Part shown: positions 17,825-26,721 of the stretch, in pieces
How positions within the stretch are numbered: position 1 is the first letter of the stretch
How the letters are laid out: each line of letters starts with the position of its first letter
Assembly: GCA_963665295.1 (NCBI GenBank)
Contig: OY762209.1
Location: 3,008,001 to 3,072,000, forward strand
Length of the DNA stretch: 64,000 nucleotides
Direction of reading: 5' to 3'
Origin: Syntrophorhabdaceae bacterium
GTDB lineage: Bacteria; Desulfobacterota; Syntrophorhabdia; Syntrophorhabdales; Syntrophorhabdaceae
Notes under the pieces: generated by a model
Seen by the model: the letters and a program-made list of their open reading frames with translations, nothing else
Database searches by the model: none
Told to the model about the DNA's origin: nothing
Program-made: the position numbers and the translations under genes

Positions 17825-19697
17825 TAAGATAAAGAACGATTATCAGGCGTGGCAATCCGGTGTGTCCCACAGAATCGTCGTGTGCGCCGGCACGGGCTGC
17901 CTGGTGAACGGTTCTTTAAAAGTCTATGACGAATTTCTCAATAGTATCAGAAAATCCGGGCTTCACGCAGTAGTGGAGTTGGAGAAGGAAGAGGGGGGGC
18001 TCTTCGTATCGAAGAGCGGATGCCAGGGGTTTTGCCAGATAGGACCCCTTGTGACGATATTGCCGGACAACATACTTTATAAAAAGGTAAAGCCCGGGGA
18101 TGTAAAGGAAATCGTGGAGACGACCCTGAAGAAGGGAGAATTGGTCCACCGGCTCCTCTATATGGAGCCTGCCACAAAGAAGGTCTGCCGGGGCATGGAC
18201 GACATACCGTTTTACCGGAACCAGAACCGGTTTGTCCTCAAGAACTGCGGGGTAATAGACCCGGAGAATATCAATGAATACATTGCGTCGGGAGGATACC
18301 AGGCGGCTACCGAAGTGTGCGGTGAAATGACTCCCGAGGCTGTGTGCGATATGATGGAGGCCTCGGGACTACGGGGCCGGGGAGGCGGAGGTTTCCCGAC
18401 AGGCAAGAAATGGCACGCAGCCCGGCTTGAAAAGAGCGCGAAGAAATACGTGATCTGTAATGGCGACGAGGGCGACCCCGGCGCTTTCATGGATATGGGC
18501 ATCATGGAGGGAAACCCTCATAGCGTGATCGAAGGGATGATTATCGCGTCCAGGGCGATTCAGGCGGACGAGGGTTATGTGTATGTGAGGGCGGAATATC
18601 CCCTTGCGGTAAAACGGGTACGGAAAGCCATAGCGGATGCCTACAAACTCGGGGCCCTTGGGAAACGCGTCCTTGGAACGGACCACACCTTCAACCTGCA
18701 GGTAATGGAAGGGGCCGGCGCCTTTGTATGCGGCGAAGAAACGGCGCTTATCGCCTCGATCGAAGGTAAAAGGGGCATGCCCCTGCCCAAGCCTCCCTTT
18801 CCTTCCAAGAGCGGCCTCTGGGGGAAACCGACGATAATCAACAACGTCGAAACCCTTTCGACAGTGCCCCTTATCGTGTCGTCCGGCATCGATTCCTTTC
18901 GGAAGATAGGGACCTCCTTTTCTCCAGGCACCAAGACTTTTGCGGTAACAGGGCATGTGGTAAACACGGGACTGATCGAGATGCCCCTGGGTTCGACACT
19001 CCGCGAGATCGTATACGGCGTGGCAGGAGGCATTACCGCGGACGACGGGAGCCCTGCGAGCGACGGGTTCAAGGCCGTCCAGATCGGAGGGCCGTCAGGC
19101 GGATGCCTCACAAGGGACCACCTGGACCTGCCCATCGATTTCGATTCCCTGAGAAAAGTGGGCGCCATGGTCGGCTCCGGAGGGCTCGTGGTCATGAACA
19201 GGCACACGTGCATGGTCGGCGTTGCCCGCTTCTTCATGCAGTTTGCCCAGAGCGAGTCGTGCGGGAAATGCGTGCTCTGCCGCGAGGGGACCAAGCAGAT
19301 GCTCGCCTTGCTCGACGATATAATGGAAGGGAGGGCCACGGAAGAGACCCTCGTGATCCTGGAGGACCTCGCGTTGACGGTACAAAAGGGTTCGCTCTGC
19401 GGGCTCGGGAAAACCGCCCCCAATCCGGTCCTCTCCACGCTCAGCCAGTTTCGCGACGAGTATCTGGCCCACGTGCGGGACAGGTATTGTCCCACGGGGA
19501 AATGCAAGGGGCTGGTGCGACTTCGGATTGACCCGGACATTTGCACCGGCTGCACGCTCTGCGCAAAGAAATGCCCCGTAGGGGCCGTATCGGGAGAGAA
19601 GCTGAAACCGCACCACATCGACCAGGCAATCTGTACAAAGTGCAGGGTCTGCCTGAAAAGCTGCAAGGTCCACGCAATAAAGGGAGACAGGCCATGA
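17799..19697 (+). CDS. hydB: [FeFe]-hydrogenase beta subunit (NuoF-like), bifurcating-type architecture
   Basis: N-terminal CAGTGC/CQGFC [2Fe-2S], DEGDPGAFMD, CGEETAL, PPFP, GGPSG, CGKCVLC, C-terminal 2x[4Fe-4S]. Confidence 0.93.
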   Translation: MNLTTMVLNKIKNDYQAWQSGVSHRIVVCAGTGCLVNGSLKVYDEFLNSIRKSGLHAVVELEKEEGGLFVSKSGCQGFCQIGPLVTILPDNILYKKVKPGDVKEIVETTLKKGELVHRLLYMEPATKKVCRGMDDIPFYRNQNRFVLKNCGVIDPENINEYIASGGYQAATEVCGEMTPEAVCDMMEASGLRGRGGGGFPTGKKWHAARLEKSAKKYVICNGDEGDPGAFMDMGIMEGNPHSVIEGMIIASRAIQADEGYVYVRAEYPLAVKRVRKAIADAYKLGALGKRVLGTDHTFNLQVMEGAGAFVCGEETALIASIEGKRGMPLPKPPFPSKSGLWGKPTIINNVETLSTVPLIVSSGIDSFRKIGTSFSPGTKTFAVTGHVVNTGLIEMPLGSTLREIVYGVAGGITADDGSPASDGFKAVQIGGPSGGCLTRDHLDLPIDFDSLRKVGAMVGSGGLVVMNRHTCMVGVARFFMQFAQSESCGKCVLCREGTKQMLALLDDIMEGRATEETLVILEDLALTVQKGSLCGLGKTAPNPVLSTLSQFRDEYLAHVRDRYCPTGKCKGLVRLRIDPDICTGCTLCAKKCPVGAVSGEKLKPHHIDQAICTKCRVCLKSCKVHAIKGDRP

Positions 19698-21742
19698 ACG
19701 ACAACAATTTTGCAATAATCGACAAGAAAGAGGTGCCCATCGAAAACGAGCAGAACCTTCTCGAATTGATACGGAAGGCGGGTGTTGACCTGCCCACCTT
19801 TTGTTACCACTCTGAGTTGAGCGTTTACGGCGCTTGCCGGCTCTGTATGGTCCAGGTGGAGAGCCTGGGTCTCGTGCCCGCGTGTTCGACCCCTCCTTTC
19901 GCGGGCATGAAGGTGAGCACCAATACGGAAGAAACCAGGAAGATGAGACGGATCATCGTGGAGCTTCTCCTCGCAAACCATAGCAGGAATTGTCCCACAT
20001 GCCAGAAAAGCACCACATGCCAGCTCCAGGCCCTGGCCCGCCGCCTCGGCATTACGAAGATACGGTTCAAGAGCCAGAGCAGGGACCTGCCTTGTGATGA
20101 CTCGTCACCCTCCCTCGTGAGGGACCCCAACAAATGCATCCTCTGCGGCGACTGCGTGCGCATCTGTGAGGAAGTGCAGTCTGTGGGCGCTATCGACTTT
20201 TCTTACAGAGGTTCTCAGACTGTAGTTATCCCATCTTTCGGGAAGGACCTCGACAAAGTGGAGTGTGTGAACTGCGGCCAGTGCGCCAGGGTATGTCCCA
20301 CCGGCGCGCTTACGCCGAAATCAGAGGTGGACGAGGTCTGGGAAGCCCTTCACGATCCGGAAAAAACCGTGATTGCCCAGGTAGCCCCTGCGGTCCGGGT
20401 CGCCGTGGGGGAAATGTTCGGCCTTGAGCCGGGCGTGACGACCACGGGGCAAATTGCCGCCGCCCTGCGCGCCATGGGTTTTGACAGGGTCTTCGATACC
20501 TCTTTTACCGCTGACCTCACGGTCATAGAAGAGAGCAACGAGTTTATCGGTCGTATGGGAGAAAGTGAACGGATACCACAGTTCACGTCATGCTGTCCCG
20601 CGTGGGTGAAGTTCGTGGAGCAGTATTACCCGGAGTTTGTGAGCCATCTCTCCACGTGTCGCTCGCCGCAGCAGATGTTCGGCGCCCTTGCGAAAGAGGC
20701 CCTTCCACAACAATTGGGTGTTGCGAGGAAGGACCTGGTGGTGGTTTCCATTATGCCCTGTACGGCCAAGAAGTTCGAGGCAAAAAGGGCTGAGTTCAAA
20801 AGTGACGGCGCCCCCGATGTGGACCATGTCCTCACCACCCAGGAGTTAGGCCGGATGATCGAGGAAGCGGGTCTTCGCTTCAAAGACCTGGAACCGGAAT
20901 CCTTCCATCTCCCTTTCGGCTTTAAAACAGGGGCAGGGGTGATATTCGGCAACTCGGGCGGGGTCTCCGAGGCGGTTCTCCGATATGTGACGGAAAGACT
21001 GACAGGTGAGAAACGGGACAATTGCGAGTTTGTCAGTGTGAGAGGCGAGGACGGGATCCGCGAGGCATCCCTTAAGATCAAAGACAGGGAATATTCCCTG
21101 GCTGTGGTGAGCGGGCTCAAGAATGCCCGTAAACTCTTGGAAAACGTAAAATCGGGGAATACGCGGTACGACCTCGTTGAGGTAATGGCATGTCCTGGAG
21201 GGTGCGTCGGGGGAGCGGGCCAGCCTGTATCCATGAGCGCCGGAGCCCGACAGAAACGGACAAAAGGCATCTACGAAAACGACAGGATGCTCGAACTCCA
21301 CAAGTCCCAGGAAAACCCTTATGTCAAAGATATTTACGCGAGCCTCCTCGGTGAAGTGGGAGGCCATATGGCGCATAAATTGCTCCATACGGGCTATAAA
21401 AACAGAAAGAGAATCTCCGATGAATGCATGACCGTCAGTGGTCCGGACACGGACCAGGCGCTTCAGGTGAACGTCTGCTTCGGGACCGGTTGCTTCCTGA
21501 AAGGGTCTCAGAGACTCCTCCACGAAATTCTGGAGCATATACGGGTAAATGGGCTTGAGGATCGGGTGAGCGTGAGCGCATCATTCTGCTTCGAAAAGTG
21601 CGACAGGGGACCCACCGTGCGGATTGGTGATATAATTATCGAGGGGTGTACTATCGAAGCGGCGGCGGAGACCATAGAAGGGAGGCTGCACAGCCCGGCC
21701 CTGATAAGACTTCCGCTCCATAGCGACGTGCCGGGGGCTTAG
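19694..21742 (+). CDS. hydA: Group A3 [FeFe]-hydrogenase catalytic subunit with C-terminal thioredoxin-like [2Fe-2S] domain
   Basis: NuoG-like N-terminus; H-cluster motifs TSCCPAW, MPCTAKKFE, EVMACPGGCVGGAGQP; C-terminal CFGTGC...FCFEKC. Confidence 0.95.
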   Translation: MNDNNFAIIDKKEVPIENEQNLLELIRKAGVDLPTFCYHSELSVYGACRLCMVQVESLGLVPACSTPPFAGMKVSTNTEETRKMRRIIVELLLANHSRNCPTCQKSTTCQLQALARRLGITKIRFKSQSRDLPCDDSSPSLVRDPNKCILCGDCVRICEEVQSVGAIDFSYRGSQTVVIPSFGKDLDKVECVNCGQCARVCPTGALTPKSEVDEVWEALHDPEKTVIAQVAPAVRVAVGEMFGLEPGVTTTGQIAAALRAMGFDRVFDTSFTADLTVIEESNEFIGRMGESERIPQFTSCCPAWVKFVEQYYPEFVSHLSTCRSPQQMFGALAKEALPQQLGVARKDLVVVSIMPCTAKKFEAKRAEFKSDGAPDVDHVLTTQELGRMIEEAGLRFKDLEPESFHLPFGFKTGAGVIFGNSGGVSEAVLRYVTERLTGEKRDNCEFVSVRGEDGIREASLKIKDREYSLAVVSGLKNARKLLENVKSGNTRYDLVEVMACPGGCVGGAGQPVSMSAGARQKRTKGIYENDRMLELHKSQENPYVKDIYASLLGEVGGHMAHKLLHTGYKNRKRISDECMTVSGPDTDQALQVNVCFGTGCFLKGSQRLLHEILEHIRVNGLEDRVSVSASFCFEKCDRGPTVRIGDIIIEGCTIEAAAETIEGRLHSPALIRLPLHSDVPGA

Positions 21743-21817
21743 CAGGGAGATGGGGGCGAAGAAAAGGCCTGACCCGATGAATGGGAGAAAGAAATCCGGA
21801 AAAAGGGGTGAAAGGAA

Positions 21818-23551
21818 ATGCCTGATAAGGGGATAGAACAGATCGTATTTACCCTCACGGCGAGATGCCGGGACTGCTACCGCTGTCTTAGGAGTTGTCC
21901 CGTCAAGGCCATCCGCATGGAAAAGGGACAGGCTTATGTTGACGGAAAGCGGTGCATTGCGTGCGGCACCTGCATTAAGGAGTGTCCTCAGCAGGCAAAG
22001 ACCTTTCGCTACGATATCGATGTGGCGCAGCGCCTGATCGAAGGCGGAGACTTTGTGGCCGCGAGTATCGCCCCTTCCTTCGCGGCGGTCTTCAGCGGTT
22101 GGCAAAGGACGAGGCTTCCATCGGCGCTACGGGCCCTGGGTTTCCGGTTTGTGGGGCAGACCTCTCACGGCGCTTATCAGATATCCGCCCATGCGCGGAG
22201 GCTCGCGAGGGAAGGAGACAAAAGCGCCTTGATCGGCACCGCGTGTCCGGCCCTGGTGAGCTACATCGAGAAGTACCATCGGGACCTTACGGGCAACCTG
22301 CTGCCCCTTGTCTCCCCCATGGCGGCCCATGCGCGCCTGCTCAAGGAGAGACTTGGAAAAGAGGCGAAGGTGGTCTTTATCGGACCTTGTGTGGCCAAGA
22401 AATCGGAACTGTTCCGGCCCGAGGTAAAGGGTGTTGTCGACTGTGTCCTCACGTTCCGCGAGCTGATGACATGGCTGGCCCAGAAGAGCATCGACCTTTC
22501 CACCTGCGAGGAGAGCAACTTCGACGAGCGGCCGGTACCGTCGGCTCAGTTGTACCCTCTGCCGGGGGGCATGATCAAGACGGCGGGCCTTGAGGACGAC
22601 GGGCTCAACATGAAACTCCTGAAGGTCGACGGGATAGCCAATGTGCGGGAACTTCTGAACGATGTTCCCAATGATTCCGCGTACACCCTTATAGAGCCCC
22701 TATTCTGCAGCCAGGGGTGTATCAACGGGCCCGGGATCGAGACGGAGAAGAACCTTTTTGAGCGGAGGAAGGAAATCATCGAATACGACCGGGAGATAGA
22801 TTGTCCTGAAGCAGTCCCGGACGCGGTGGCGGAAGGCGATCCTTTCAAAGCGGCCTTCCAGAGCGAGGCGAGTCCGGCACCGGCAGTGAGCGAAGAGCAG
22901 ATACAGCAGGTGTTCGAACGTACGGGAAAATCGGACCCCCAGCAGCAGCTTAATTGCGGGGCCTGCGGCTATGACAGTTGCCGTGAGAAGGCTATTGCCG
23001 TGGTCCTGGGCATGGCGGAACCCGAAATGTGCATCCCCTATATGAGGCGGCTCGCGGAAAGACGGACGGACCAGATCGTTACCACCACACCCAACGGGGT
23101 GCTTATGCTTGATGAGGAGTTGAACATTCTCAGCATAAACCCGGCTTTCAAGAAGTTTTTTCTCTGCACCGATGCGGTGTTGGGCCGGCACGTATCGTAC
23201 CTCATGGACCCCGCGCCTTTCGAGAAGCTCGTATCCGGGGTGGTAGACTCCCTCGATATCACCGTAACGCACCGTCATTATAACCTCCACTGCCGTGAAC
23301 TTTTCTACATCCTGAAGGAGGAAAGGCAGATCGTGGGGATCTTTATGAATATCACGAGCCAGCAGGAGCACGAGGAAAAACTGAACGAGATCCGTTCTCA
23401 GACAATAGAACAGGCGAATGAACTCCTGGAACACCAAATCAAGATGGCGGAGAATATTGCCCAGTTCATCGGCGAAAGCACGGCAAAAGGGGAGGAGCTT
23501 GTGCGGAAATTATTGGCCCTGAGTGAGAGAGATGACGCCAAATCTGAGTGA
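21818..23551 (+). CDS. Sensory-type [FeFe]-hydrogenase with PAS domain (group C, HydS/HfsB-like)
   Basis: 2x[4Fe-4S] N-terminus; atypical motifs GTACPA, GPCVAKKSE, EPLFCSQGCINGPG; LNCGACGY..C Fe-S domain; TPNGVLMLD PAS domain. Confidence 0.88.
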   Translation: MPDKGIEQIVFTLTARCRDCYRCLRSCPVKAIRMEKGQAYVDGKRCIACGTCIKECPQQAKTFRYDIDVAQRLIEGGDFVAASIAPSFAAVFSGWQRTRLPSALRALGFRFVGQTSHGAYQISAHARRLAREGDKSALIGTACPALVSYIEKYHRDLTGNLLPLVSPMAAHARLLKERLGKEAKVVFIGPCVAKKSELFRPEVKGVVDCVLTFRELMTWLAQKSIDLSTCEESNFDERPVPSAQLYPLPGGMIKTAGLEDDGLNMKLLKVDGIANVRELLNDVPNDSAYTLIEPLFCSQGCINGPGIETEKNLFERRKEIIEYDREIDCPEAVPDAVAEGDPFKAAFQSEASPAPAVSEEQIQQVFERTGKSDPQQQLNCGACGYDSCREKAIAVVLGMAEPEMCIPYMRRLAERRTDQIVTTTPNGVLMLDEELNILSINPAFKKFFLCTDAVLGRHVSYLMDPAPFEKLVSGVVDSLDITVTHRHYNLHCRELFYILKEERQIVGIFMNITSQQEHEEKLNEIRSQTIEQANELLEHQIKMAENIAQFIGESTAKGEELVRKLLALSERDDAKSE

Positions 23552-24701
23552 GTCCAGGAAATACATAGAGGCGGTGCTTGCCCAGAGCGCCAAGAAGGCA
23601 GGGCGGGTATGCGGCGATTATGTGGTCATCGACAGGACGCCGGAAGCGACCACGGCGGTTGTGGCCGACGGGATCGGCACCGGGATCAAGGCACGCGTTG
23701 CGGCGGTAATGTATACAGCCCGGTTGATGGAGTTGATCCGCCTGGGTTTCACGCTCAGGGAGGCATGCAGAAAACTCGTCGATACCATGCATGAGGCAAG
23801 AACCAGGGACATCCCCTTCTCCGCCTTCAGCGTGTGCCGCATTCTGAACAGCGGCCATGCCACCATCGTATCTTACGAGATTCCCGCACCCATATTGATC
23901 AACAATTACCTTGCCGCGTACCAGCCGAAACAACGCTCCTTTACCATGGGACTTGAAATGATCGCCGAAGTGAACTGTATGCTCGATTACGGAGACGGAA
24001 TCGTCATGGTGAGCGACGGGGTGAGCCAGGCGGGCCTCGGACACCAGTACCGCATGGGATGGGGGACCCAGGGGGCCTGCGACTTCATCAACGGCTGTCT
24101 CGTAAGGAAGGTGGACCTCAAAGCCGTACCCGGGGAGATCCTTGGAAAGGTTAAGGAGATTTCGGGCTCCACCTACGGCGATGACACCACCTGTCTTCTC
24201 CTTGTCTGCCGTGAGGCCCATTCACTCAATATACTTACCGGTCCGCCGGCAAACAGGGGAAAGGACAGGGAGGCGGTACTGCGGTTTCTCGACATGAAAG
24301 GGACAAAGGTCGTATGCGGCTCCACCACAGCGGAAGTGACGGCGCGCATACTGGAGGTCAAGGTAAAGATCAAGGACATTTCCGACGCCTTCCACAAACC
24401 GCCTTCCTATGAGATAAAAGGCATCGACTACGCCACGGAAGGGGCCGTCACTCTGAACCAGGTATATAATATCCTGGAAGAAAAGGCCGAGAGTCTGGAC
24501 CACAATTCCTCCGTATCCACCCTCTATGAGCTTCTTCACACTGCCGATACCATCAACTTCGTCGTGGGGACCGCGACAAACCCCGGTCACGAGAATATCG
24601 TCTTCCGGCAGATGGGTATGTTCCCGAGGGAGGTGATTGTCCAGTTCCTCGCGGATAGACTGAGGAAGATGGGGAAACTGGTGAACGTGGAGTACATCTG
24701 A
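23532..24701 (+). CDS. SpoIIE/PP2C-family serine phosphatase (HfsC-like)
   Basis: VCGD, VADGIGTG, VSDGVSQAG, GDDTT PP2C metal-binding motifs; translationally coupled to the sensory hydrogenase. Confidence 0.88.
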   Translation: MTPNLSESRKYIEAVLAQSAKKAGRVCGDYVVIDRTPEATTAVVADGIGTGIKARVAAVMYTARLMELIRLGFTLREACRKLVDTMHEARTRDIPFSAFSVCRILNSGHATIVSYEIPAPILINNYLAAYQPKQRSFTMGLEMIAEVNCMLDYGDGIVMVSDGVSQAGLGHQYRMGWGTQGACDFINGCLVRKVDLKAVPGEILGKVKEISGSTYGDDTTCLLLVCREAHSLNILTGPPANRGKDREAVLRFLDMKGTKVVCGSTTAEVTARILEVKVKIKDISDAFHKPPSYEIKGIDYATEGAVTLNQVYNILEEKAESLDHNSSVSTLYELLHTADTINFVVGTATNPGHENIVFRQMGMFPREVIVQFLADRLRKMGKLVNVEYI

Positions 24702-24792
24702 ACCCGTGCCTCCGCCCGGATCGACCTTGACACCTCTTTTGTTATTTTTTACACTTTTTGTTGGCGGACTTTGTCAATTGAAAGGAGACGAC

Positions 24793-25722
24793 ATGAAGAA
24801 ACTATCTCGAAAAGCGGCATGTATTCTCGGTTTTATGTGTGTCATGATGGCAGTGGCCCTTGTTTCGGCCCGGGTCTCTTTTGCGGAAAAGGGCCTCACC
24901 AGGATTGCGGACAATGTTTATTCCTATGTGGATGTGAAGAACGGGTCGCCGTCCAACAGTTTCGGCGCCAACGCGGGGATAATCATCGGCAAGGACGGTA
25001 TCGTAGTAGTGGACACCTTGATGACGGCGAAAGAGGCGAAGCGATTTATAGGGGACATAAGGGCCGTATCCGACAAGCCTATCAAATATGTCGTCGATAC
25101 CCACTACCACCTGGACCACGCCTGGGGAAACGCGGAGTTTGCCAAACTCGGGGCCCTTGTGGTAGCCCACAGGAATGACAGGGAGAACCTGCTCGCGAAG
25201 GGCGGAGAGACGCTCAAGGGCTATAAGGGGTACGGTATTTCGAAGGAAGACATAGAGGGGACGGAGATCTCCCTCCCTGTACTCACCTTTGATTCGCGCA
25301 TGGATATCTTCCTGGGGGACCGGACGGTCATATTGACGCACCCGGGGCCGGCCCACACGAACGGGGATACCCTCGTCTATCTTCCCGACAAGAAGATCCT
25401 CTTTACGGGGGACATCGTCTTTACGAATTTTCACCCTTATCTCGCCGAGGGCGATCTCACTTCCTGGGCCGGGGTGCTCGACACAATCCTCGCCATGGAC
25501 GTGGAACGCATAATTCCCGGTCACGGCCCCCTTTCGACGAAGAAGGACGTGAGGGATATGAAGACATACCTCGTCATTTTCGATGCGAAGGCAAAGGAAC
25601 TCTGCTCCAAATCGAAGGACCCGAAGTATATTTACGGGGAGATGCTGAGGGCTTTGCCTCCAAAGGAGGGCGGTGCTTTCATCATTGACGGAAACATCGA
25701 GATGCGGTATCTGAAAAAGTAA
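24793..25722 (+). CDS. Exported MBL-fold metallo-hydrolase
   Basis: Signal peptide; THYHLDH, AHTNGD, FTGD, PGHG motifs. Confidence 0.85.
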   Translation: MKKLSRKAACILGFMCVMMAVALVSARVSFAEKGLTRIADNVYSYVDVKNGSPSNSFGANAGIIIGKDGIVVVDTLMTAKEAKRFIGDIRAVSDKPIKYVVDTHYHLDHAWGNAEFAKLGALVVAHRNDRENLLAKGGETLKGYKGYGISKEDIEGTEISLPVLTFDSRMDIFLGDRTVILTHPGPAHTNGDTLVYLPDKKILFTGDIVFTNFHPYLAEGDLTSWAGVLDTILAMDVERIIPGHGPLSTKKDVRDMKTYLVIFDAKAKELCSKSKDPKYIYGEMLRALPPKEGGAFIIDGNIEMRYLKK

Positions 25723-25766
25723 GAACGCCCTGAGTTCCGGGCGCGCGACCTGCCCCGCCCATACAG

Positions 25767-25805
25767 AAAAAGCCCCGGCTTCCCATGAGAGGAAAGCCGG
25801 GGCTT
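25767..25805 (-). terminator. Rho-independent terminator of the hyd/fdh/FNT operon
   Basis: AAGCCCCGGCTT...AAGCCGGGGCTT inverted repeat followed by TTTTT on the minus strand; sits between convergent genes. Confidence 0.8.
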
Positions 25806-25827
25806 CAGTTACCGTGCAATTCAACGC

Positions 25828-26655
25828 TTATGTAGGAGACACGGTAGACATCTCCTTCTTGAAGGAATAGAAATAGACTGCCCCTATAAACAGGAAGCCT
25901 CCCACTATATTGCCGATGGTCACCGGGATCAGGTTCCACTGAATGAACTGTCCCCATGTAACCTTCGCGCCCAGCATAATCCCTGCCGGTATAAAATACA
26001 TGTTTGCCACGCTGTGCTCAAATCCCGACGCCACGAAAGCCATGATGGGGAACCATATGCCGAAGAACTTTCCCACCATGTTCTTGGATGAAATCGCGAG
26101 GAGTATGGCCACATTGACCAGGAGGTTACACGCGATTCCTTTCATGAAAGCCGACCAGTACCCTATGGAGCCCGCGGCTATATAGGGTAGGACCTTCCCT
26201 TCCGCTATGGCTATCGCATTTTTTCCGAATACGGTCAGATCCGGGCCGCCGCCCTTGCTGAAGGGCCCCACAACCATCAGGTAGGCCCAGAAAAGAGACC
26301 CAATGAAGTTGCCTATGTAGACCCAGAACCATGCGTTATAGACTTTGCCCCACGTGCTCTTCCCCTGAAACACGGCCATGGGTATAAGCATCGTATCGCC
26401 GGTGAAGAGCGACATTCCCGTGAGCACGATCGCGATGAGGCCTACGGGGAAGACCGCCCCTGCGACGAGAGCCCTGAAGCCCGGTCCCATGCTGGTTTCC
26501 AGCCCGGTTGAGCACACCGTGCAAAGGGCGCCGCCGACTGCAATAAAAAGACCTGCCATGAAGCTCCTTATGAGGAAGTTGGGAGCCCCAAGATTGGCCT
26601 TGTACCTTCCTGCATCCCCTGCCAACTGCACAATCTCTAAAGGTTTGTTCGCCAT
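25828..26655 (-). CDS. fdhC: Formate/nitrite transporter (FocA/FdhC family)
   Basis: AGLFIAVG, FPVGL..IVLTG.SLFTG, GIACNLLV, FVASGFEHSVANM, GNIVGG FNT motifs; follows fdhA. Confidence 0.9.
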   Translation of the reverse strand: MANKPLEIVQLAGDAGRYKANLGAPNFLIRSFMAGLFIAVGGALCTVCSTGLETSMGPGFRALVAGAVFPVGLIAIVLTGMSLFTGDTMLIPMAVFQGKSTWGKVYNAWFWVYIGNFIGSLFWAYLMVVGPFSKGGGPDLTVFGKNAIAIAEGKVLPYIAAGSIGYWSAFMKGIACNLLVNVAILLAISSKNMVGKFFGIWFPIMAFVASGFEHSVANMYFIPAGIMLGAKVTWGQFIQWNLIPVTIGNIVGGFLFIGAVYFYSFKKEMSTVSPT

Positions 26656-26721
26656 AGTATCCCCTCTCTTAGTAGTAGTAGTTTATAGGCCGTGGCCCTG
26701 CCACGGCCGGCCGTGCCGATC

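Noticed and set aside
18641..19981. 446-aa minus-strand ORF
   Set aside because: Antisense to hydB/hydA; expected from codon bias in GC-rich genes
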